Below, one piece after another: positions 1 through 6,801 of a stretch of 13,118 nucleotides of DNA. Each line of letters begins with the position of its first letter. The first letter of the stretch is position 1. Location of the stretch: NCBI GenBank assembly GCA_054661495.1, contig BAAFSQ010000277.1, positions 1-13,118 on the forward strand, in the 5' to 3' direction. The stretch is from Zygophlyctis sp. KS116 (lineage: Eukaryota; Fungi; Chytridiomycota). Under the pieces are notes generated by a model. It ran no database searches. It was not told the origin of the DNA and saw only the letters and a list, made by a program, of their open reading frames with translations. A program made the translations under genes and the position numbers.

Positions 1-159
1 GTTGTACCTCCTGTTGTTGTACCTTCAAAAACCCAATCGGATGTACCGTACTCGACAGCCAGTTGTCCCCCAGACTTACCTGACTGTGTCTTGTCTGGTT
101 CAAACATTGCACTACCCCACTTGGGAATGCTTCTTTTGTTGATTTGTGTAAATATTTAA
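1..159 (+). CDS. 3' end (partial) of a probable GPI-anchored or surface protein
   Basis: Frame 1 is open from the window edge to TAA at 157-159: VVPPVVVPSKTQSDVPYSTASCPPDLPDCVLSGSNIALPHLGMLLLLICVNI*. It has a Pro/Ser/Thr-rich linker, small residues (SGS, candidate omega site) and a terminal hydrophobic tail. AATAAA follows at 182-187. Confidence 0.55.
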   Translation, partial: VVPPVVVPSKTQSDVPYSTASCPPDLPDCVLSGSNIALPHLGMLLLLICVNI

Positions 160-320
160 GATTTATTTTGGATTTATTCTGAATAAATACTGCATTGTAT
201 AAACTTTAAGTATTCACTAGTGTTCCAAAGAGTCTAGATAAAATTATATCCCTATAAGGAAAATTTCAAGTCTTTAAAGAATCGACCACAAAAATCTCTG
301 TTGGTCTTTTGCTAGTTTAA

Positions 321-635
321 ATGGACAATGCATTATCATCCTCATTCAAATCAGCTGCAAACAATGTAGCTCTTTTGTATAAAGAAGCTCTAATTTCTAA
401 TAAAACATCATATGAATCAGGATATAAACATTGCTTATCAGACCTATGGTCTTATTTAACTTCAATACAATCTAGTAGTACATCAGTCTTATCACTCTCT
501 GATCTGGAATCTTTTATTCAAATGCAAACTTCTAAATTGTCAAAAGATTTATCAACTCTTGATGATGATGTTTCTTTAAAAAGATCATTTACTGGCTCAT
601 CAATGGAAGAGTCTAAAAAAAGTAAATTATATTAA
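321..635 (+). CDS. Small HAPSTR1/C16orf72-like protein (104 aa)
   Basis: Intact ATG-TAA ORF. LSSSFKSAANNVALLYKEA...SYESGYKHCLSDLWSYL resembles the recalled F-x-x-AA-x-x-V-x-x-LYK...GY pattern of HAPSTR1/C16orf72 and its fungal homologues. The family call is from memory. Confidence 0.6.
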   Translation: MDNALSSSFKSAANNVALLYKEALISNKTSYESGYKHCLSDLWSYLTSIQSSSTSVLSLSDLESFIQMQTSKLSKDLSTLDDDVSLKRSFTGSSMEESKKSKLY

Positions 636-678
636 TATTTGGAGATTTTAAATTTCCAGTTTCTAAATTTCCATTGCC

Positions 679-2741
679 ATGAATTCCAAACTTGAATCTC
701 TTTCCACAAATTCCCATGTTAAAGATAAAAAGGATAAACCAAAAAAACTCAAGACTAAATCTCTTCCAAGAGAATCTAGAGCTGAAAAACTCAGTATTTT
801 ATCTAGACATGAAGAAGAAAAGACTAAACCAACAATTTATAAATCTGTAGAATCTCTAAGTAGAAGAAAACATTTTCAGACAAGACTAAAGAGTGAAGAA
901 TTGTTGATTGATTTGTCAATTCCTGAAATTTCTAGTCAATACTCTCAAAAAAAGAAGGAATTATTGGATTTAAATTCTAGAAAAAGTATTATTACAACTT
1001 CTTTACCAGCTATAAGCTCAAATCAAATTGATTATGTAAAAAATCTAGAAATGGGAATTCCTGTTCGGTTAAAAGAGTGGATTCCAGTCATTGAGGCTGA
1101 ATCTAGTAGGAAAACTCAAAAAGTCGCGTTATCAAAGAATAGTGAGGCTATTGATTTGAAAGCGTTGATAGGGCAAAGTCAAGACCTGGTACCAGACAGA
1201 ATCGTTTCTTGGGGAGAGTTTTATGAATCTCAAAAAGATGATCAAGAATGGTTGTCAGATCAAGATTTAATCGTGTTTGAAATTGAAGCGCTATCTCCAA
1301 TTTCAATAGGAAAAGATGAAGAAATTTCTTCGAGAATTTTGGATATTTTTAAAGATGGTCCGATTGCAGATTTAACTTATAAAGATGATGCTAAAACTAT
1401 CATAAAATTTGGTACTTTCAAGGCATTAGTAGATGCATTATTATTTCCATTGTCATCACAAGATTCTAGTTATATTTTGGAATTTTTGTATGGATATAGG
1501 TTTTTTATGGAATCAGTAGAGTTGTTGGATGGTTTAATGTCATGGTATAATGTAGATGTACAAAATGGACAAAAATTTCAAGTTGATTTTCTAAAACAGA
1601 ATAGGAGAACTATTCAAAAAAAGGTTTTAAATGTGTTGAATTTGTGGATAAAGAATTATTGGGATGATTTTTTACAGGATAGACAATTGTACAAAAACTT
1701 GCATTTTTTTTTACATTGTTTATCGCAAGTTTCATTTGTAGATTATCAAAAATTAAGTCAAGGGATACGAGAACAATGGTTAAATTGGTATACTTTTGTT
1801 TATGTTCCGCCATTTACTAGTTTAAATATTTCAAGTGGCTCGGTTGAAGGGAATTTTAGTATTTTAGAAATGGATTCAACTCTTTGGGCTACGTATATAA
1901 CAGCAATAGACAAGACTTATTTTTCTCAAATTAGAGAAAATTCTTATGTATCTTTATTATATACTTGTTGTTCTCATCGTGGTGGTGCATATCATACTGG
2001 ACTCAAATTAATTCTTGAAACTTTTTCATGGTTTAGAAGTGTAATTTTAGAATTTAATTTCCTAGTTGTCTTTTTATGTTTGTACTATAATTGATTCTCA
2101 AGATACAATTAAAAAACGTTCAAAAGCTATTCAAAAATGTATAAAAATTGCAAAATATTTATATGACTTTGGTGATTATCAGGGAGTTTTTGCTATAATG
2201 CATGGGCTTACTAGACCGAGATCTCTTTCTGTAGTATCTGCGTGGGAGGTATTTCTCTTGATTTAAAAAGTTTAGGGAGTGAAACAAAAACATTTAAATG
2301 ATTTTAAATTCTTGTATTGTTTTGTAGATTCTAAAGATGGATATCTTTGTTATTGGAATCAACTAAACTCCAACATTTCATGTATTCCCTTTTTTGGTAA
2401 TTTTACATATTTTATAAATAGCACTTCATTTTTATGAAATTATACGCTATGATACAAATCTATCAACCTTTTTAAGTCGAAAAGAAGAAATTAAAGCATT
2501 TGGAGCCCCTAGTGCTGAACGCCTGGTTAATTTTACAAAATTCAAGGAAATTTACATGATTGTATCTGAACTAGAGAACTTTCGGACATGCAAATTTGAC
2601 CCAAAATTCCATATCAACAGAGAAAACCTGTATGAAATGGTTCAGTATATTAGAAATACTGCCAATTACACTCAAATTGTAGAACCAATGGCTGAACGTA
2701 AATCGTCACAATTCTTATCTCCTTTTAGAAAATCTATATAA
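679..2741 (+). CDS. Ras guanine-nucleotide exchange factor (REM + CDC25-type catalytic domain), about 661 aa, 4 exons
   Basis: Exons 679-2040, 2066-2248, 2276-2396, 2422-2741. Introns 2041-2065 (25 nt), 2249-2275 (27 nt) and 2397-2421 (25 nt) are all GT-AG and restore one frame. REM motifs: IIKFGTFKALVDAL, FLYGYRFF, VLNVLNLWIKNYWDDF. CDC25 motifs: KCIKIAKYL, DYQGVFAIMHGL, CIPFF, LVNFTKF. Confidence 0.9.
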
Positions 2742-2793
2742 TAGCATATAAGCTTTTAAACTTTTTAATTTCCATTGAGATTAATCGTGTACA

Positions 2794-3177
2794 ATGTTGT
2801 CTTTTATAAAATCCCTTTTTCTTTATGAGCCTTTTGAGTATAGTCCATGTCCAGAATTAGACTTTCTTGTCTCTTTAAACATGTAGTTTTCAAGTACTAA
2901 CTGTAGAATCAAAAACAAGAATGGAATTTATTTCAAGACTTGTAACATGTCACCACTTGATGAAGTGGAGTTTCTACAATTTCAGATTAAACTAATTGAA
3001 CAAAATGAGGAAAATCAAGAAGAAATCTCAAAATGTATTCAAGATCATATGAAGTTACTACATGATTACAATGAAATTAAAGATATCGGACAAATCATCA
3101 TTGGAAAAATTGCTGAAATCAAAGGATGTACTAGTAAAGAGATTTATTTAGAATATGGATTAGATTTAAATGATTAA
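2794..3177 (+). CDS. SWI5: Swi5/Sae3 recombination mediator; core 2947-3177, with a probable upstream exon 2794-2882
   Basis: HMKLLHDYNEIKDIGQIIIGKIAEIKGCTSKEIYLEYGL is the Swi5/Sae3 signature. A 24-nt GT-AG intron (2883-2906, containing TACTAAC) joins an ATG at 2794 in frame, giving 119 aa. The minimal model starts at 2947 (76 aa). The family call is firm; the start is less certain. Confidence 0.85.
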
Positions 3178-3578
3178 ATAACAACTTTAACCAAATATTC
3201 TGAATAGCTAGAGTACATCCAAGAAAACATTACACTGGACATGATCATTGCTGGATAAACACCAGGTGAAGATAATGGAGCAGTTTTATAAACAAAAACT
3301 TCCAATCCAAAAGACAATAATGCAATCATAAACGAGATCATGCACAGTTGATACACTGGAGCATTATTAATATTGTAAGAGGCATAGATTCTAATCATTG
3401 CAGAAGTTAAAGTCCAGGTTCCCATCATTCTAGACATTAGTGGCGATACTTCATCTCGGGCTCTAGCGTATATTCTAGGAGTCAGGCGCATAGAGGGGAT
3501 AAAACATTGAAGGGCATTGTACAAAGCTAGAGATCCAAGGACAAATATAGATTTGGGGAGTGCACCATCAGGCAACAT
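3174..3578 (-). CDS. ERG28: Ergosterol biosynthesis protein Erg28 (134 aa, intronless)
   Basis: The first ATG is at 3578 (the ORF track starts at an upstream TTG). Motifs LPDGALPK, YNALQCF, VSPLMSRMMGTWTLTSAMIRIYASYNI, and LYQL-like VYQLCMISFMIAL..F..E match Erg28, with several TM segments. Confidence 0.92.
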   Translation of the reverse strand: MLPDGALPKSIFVLGSLALYNALQCFIPSMRLTPRIYARARDEVSPLMSRMMGTWTLTSAMIRIYASYNINNAPVYQLCMISFMIALLSFGLEVFVYKTAPLSSPGVYPAMIMSSVMFSWMYSSYSEYLVKVVI

Positions 3579-3653
3579 TTTGTCAATTTTCCACCTCTGC
3601 CTACACAATCACTGCCAACTCTCTGTTTTTTACTTGAAAGTCACAAAATAATT

Positions 3654-5440
3654 TTATTCAAGCTTGATGATCTTGACACAATTCTTTGCCTCTTTAATTC
3701 TTTCCCATCTTCCAAGACGATGCTCTTGGCCAATACCAGCAACTAAATATACGGTTTTTTTTCTTTCTGTATCATTGATTTCAGTAAATTGTAATGCATT
3801 AATAAATCCAATCATTGGAATTGATAAAAGTGGTGAAAAACTCTTTTTAGTAGGAGATAGTTTCCATAAACGAATTGAACCATCATTTGATCCAGATGCA
3901 AATAAGTCGGAATGAGGTATTGCTGCCAATGAACAAATCCAACTACTAATTTCAGAACCATGGGCTTTGAATTTAGTAAATATTGGCTTCTTTTTTGTAA
4001 CATTCCAAAGTGAAATGGCACTTTTATATAAATATAAATGGTATTTACCCTGCATCAGATCCAGAAATAAATAAATCCTCTTCAATCATACAAACTACAT
4101 CAATAGAACCACCAGACTCTACATGATTTTTCTCTGTTTTTTTTCTCATTCCATCCATAACAACTAAATCTTCAGTTGCATTCAAGACTCCTGCACCTCT
4201 AAAGACAAGTTGTGATTCCTCTGGAATTTTCCATAAACGGACTGTACGATCTCTAGTACCACAAGTAACACATCTTTCTTTACTTAGTGTTCCAATAGAT
4301 CCAATATGATCTTGATGTCCAAAACTTTGAAGTTTAATTGAAAAAAAATACAGTGTTTCAATGTATGACATTTCATCTACATCCCAGACTTTTATAGTTC
4401 TATCCATAGAAGCAGTATATAAATGATTAACACCTTTTCTAAATGCCAATGCTGAAACTGCATCACGATGATGCTTAAAAGTACCAAGCAATTGATTTGA
4501 TTCAATTGACCAGATATGAACTAGTTTATCTCTGCCACCAGTTGCCTAATACATTAGTTTATAAATTAAAAAAAGGAAAGTGTAGCAGCATCAAAATTCT
4601 AATAAAGTCATTCATCCGACTATATCAGACTCAAAGAGCGCTTTCATTCTTGAAGCTATGCCTACTGATATTCAAAAATTAATTTTTTGATATTCTGAGC
4701 AACTTCAATCTTGTCATAAAAACATACCAAATATTTTCCATCATGACTAGCACTCACAGCAAGCACCTGATCATTATGTCCTTTATGCTCCTTGAGTTTT
4801 TTTTCAGACATTCGTTTCAGTAACTTTTTTGTCGGCTTCAACCCCCTAGTCTTGACAAACAGCTTTTGTCCAGTTAGGAAATCCCATTTTATAATTGATG
4901 CATCTTTAGAAACTGAATACAAAAAATGTTTAGCGCCAATAGGACCTTGACTACTTATTGAAGCTATTGTAACCCCAGTTACAGTTAAATCATGACCTTT
5001 TAAAGTCATAATCTGTAGACTAGTTGGATCGACATTTGCAAACTTTACTGCAATCTGATGAAACAATTTACCGACAGATTCCAACTAAAATTAATAATAT
5101 TTTTACATACAGCATCATTTCTGATTCTTGAAGCGATCAAATCCTTGTCGAGATCTGCTGCATCGACTTCATCATTATCAACCTCTTCTTCTAACTCAGC
5201 CAAATACCTTTTAGCAAGTCGAAGTCTTTTCTGGGCTGGAGTTTCATTTTCAGACTCTGAACTCTCAGCGTCGGATACCCTAGCCTCGACATCTTCAATT
5301 TCCTCTGATAATGAATCTGATCTCTTCCGTCTAGAATTAATGAATGCTTTTGCAGCTTGAACCATCATTGCCCTCTTCTTTTTGGGAATATTAGCATCAG
5401 GATCTACAATGCTATGTTCATTAATGAAGAATTCATCCAT
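3654..5440 (-). CDS. RRP9: U3 snoRNP WD40 protein Rrp9/U3-55K, about 507 aa, 5 exons
   Basis: Exons 5440-5111, 5084-4728, 4545-4352, 4324-4049, 4020-3654. Introns 5085-5110 (26 nt), 4546-4727 (182 nt), 4325-4351 (27 nt), 4021-4048 (28 nt). Motifs: ETPAQKRLRLAKRYL, DGKYL|ATGGRD, ETL|FGHQD, RLWKIPEESQLVFRG, SLWNVTKKKP, GQEHRLGRW. Confidence 0.95.
4546..4727 (-). other. RRP9 intron 2 (182 nt), the only long intron in the window
   Basis: Donor GTATGT at 4727, branch-like ACTAAT near 4558-4553, acceptor TAG ending at 4546. Splicing joins DGKYL to ATGGRDKLVHIW. Confidence 0.92.
4578..4710 (-). ncRNA. Probable intronic box H/ACA snoRNA (about 133 nt)
   Basis: Hairpin 1 has lower stem TTGAAGTTGC/GCATAGCTTCAA, an internal pocket, and upper stem ATATCAAAAA/TTTTTGAATAT. 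The hinge is AGAATGA (imperfect H box). Hairpin 2 has AGC/GCT at the base and upper stem TTTGAGTC/GAC..TTAGA. ACA lies at 4583-4581, followed by 3 nt. The host is a ribosome-biogenesis gene. Confidence 0.72.
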
Positions 5441-5472
5441 TTTATTTTTCGAATTTTTTTGTTTGCAAATTT

Positions 5473-6786
5473 TTACTGCAAAATTCCGTTTTTAAAATGT
5501 CTTGCATGTCTGGACATTCTTAATTTTTTCTTTTCCTTGTACCATCGTCTCTGATCTAAATACATTAATAGTTTTCCGTCATCAATAGATCCACGGATTT
5601 CAGAGTTTGAGTCATTTAATGAGCTAGGATCTGTTTTTTTACAGACTCTGCAAATAATAGACTCTATACTCCATTCCCACAACTTTGAAAAACTTGGCTT
5701 CCTATCATTAACCATTTTCTTCCAATTTAAACGAGAAATCCACTCTTGTTCTGAAATAGATTGTAGATATTGGACAAGTCTTTGAGGTGAGTCTGAAAAA
5801 TCCCGTGCATTCACTATTCCTTTATCATCTGGGAGATATGGTGTTAAATCAGTAGCTCCAATTACAACAGGCATACTATAATAGACTAGAGATTCGAAAA
5901 ACGATTCTGAAACATAAAACGGATCATTAAATGGTTCCACAACTAGAATATACTGATATGATCCGACAAGATTCATTTTATCAATGAAATCTGGTATTTT
6001 AATCCCTACTTTTGATTTGTATAATTCCAAACATCCTCCATATATATCAAGATTTACAATTTTAGATAATCTAATAATATAGTTTATGTGAGACGGAGGT
6101 AATAGACTGCATTCAGGCAAAAATGTAACCATAAACTTTCTAGTAGGAAAAGAAGGAAAGTTGGGATTCAATGCTAAACTTCTTGCTAATTCTCCAAATT
6201 CAAAGTAATCACGGAATGCTCTTGAAACAAGATTGTACGATATGTCTCCATGTCCGAGGCCAATAGAATAAGAATTAGTAGAGATTTTTGATTTGGGTAA
6301 AGTTTCCATCGGTATAGGATTTGATCCATCAAAACTAGATAGAGTATGTGCATATGTTGAGTTTGGGTGCGGTTGAATAACAAAATTAATTCTGTTTTTT
6401 GAATTGAAAGAGTCCCGATGAGAAGATATTGAAGCATATGCTTTTCTTGAGAGTTTATTATAGTTATTCTCTTCAAGCCAGACATGGTCAAATCCATTTT
6501 GTGTAAACGGGCGATCATGAAGTTTGTCTCTGGAAATGAATGCACATGGATTTGAACATCTTCTGGTCTTGAGTAATAATTGCCAAGGATGATTGAAAAT
6601 ATTTCCAAATTGAGAATCTAGACTTTCATCGACTTTAATGAGAATGAGTTTCGGACGTGATTCCGTTTTGATTGTTTCGGACAGACTTAACCAAACTAAA
6701 ATGCCAATCATACAAAGCATAAACGATAGCCTAGTGCAGCGGTACTTTGAATGCAAAAAAAATGCTTTTGGACTTTGAATTCTCAT
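5473..6786 (-). CDS. GT10 alpha-1,3/4-fucosyltransferase-like type II membrane protein (437 aa), with divergent donor-binding motifs
   Basis: N-terminal TM anchor LSFMLCMIGILVWLSL. LDIYGGC, YQYILVVEPFNDPFYVSESFFESL...PVVIG and IVNARDF..SPQRLVQYL align with the GT10 consensus YKFYLAFENS..DYITEK..NAL...VPVVLG and I...DF..P..LA.YL. Confidence 0.85.
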   Translation of the reverse strand: MRIQSPKAFFLHSKYRCTRLSFMLCMIGILVWLSLSETIKTESRPKLILIKVDESLDSQFGNIFNHPWQLLLKTRRCSNPCAFISRDKLHDRPFTQNGFDHVWLEENNYNKLSRKAYASISSHRDSFNSKNRINFVIQPHPNSTYAHTLSSFDGSNPIPMETLPKSKISTNSYSIGLGHGDISYNLVSRAFRDYFEFGELARSLALNPNFPSFPTRKFMVTFLPECSLLPPSHINYIIRLSKIVNLDIYGGCLELYKSKVGIKIPDFIDKMNLVGSYQYILVVEPFNDPFYVSESFFESLVYYSMPVVIGATDLTPYLPDDKGIVNARDFSDSPQRLVQYLQSISEQEWISRLNWKKMVNDRKPSFSKLWEWSIESIICRVCKKTDPSSLNDSNSEIRGSIDDGKLLMYLDQRRWYKEKKKLRMSRHARHFKNGILQ

Positions 6787-6801
6787 TTACAATTTTTTGA
6801 T

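Noticed and set aside
172-188. Inverted repeat ATTTATTC-T-GAATAAAT
   Set aside because: It is AT-rich with a 1-nt loop and is expected by chance. It more simply contains the AATAAA signal of the upstream gene.
4579-4587. TGCTACACTT complementarity to the U2 snRNA branch-recognition region
   Set aside because: The match is short, includes a wobble and overlaps the ACA box. It is probably coincidental, and a proper branch motif exists at about 4558-4553.
4546-4727. Intronic RNA as U3, snR30/U17 or a canonical C/D snoRNA
   Set aside because: There is no RTGATGA box C with a terminal CTGA, no U3 box A/A' 5' domain, and no snR30 m1/m2 motifs. The two-hairpin plus ACA layout fits better.
5473-6786. 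Intronless FucT as evidence of horizontal transfer or retroposition
   Set aside because: Neighbouring genes have exons of similar length (1362 and 1155 nt), and the protein has a eukaryotic type II Golgi topology.
5441-6801. Spliced-leader trans-splicing to resolve the tightly packed genes
   Set aside because: The spacers before the FucT and RRP9 ATGs contain no AG acceptor on the coding strand.
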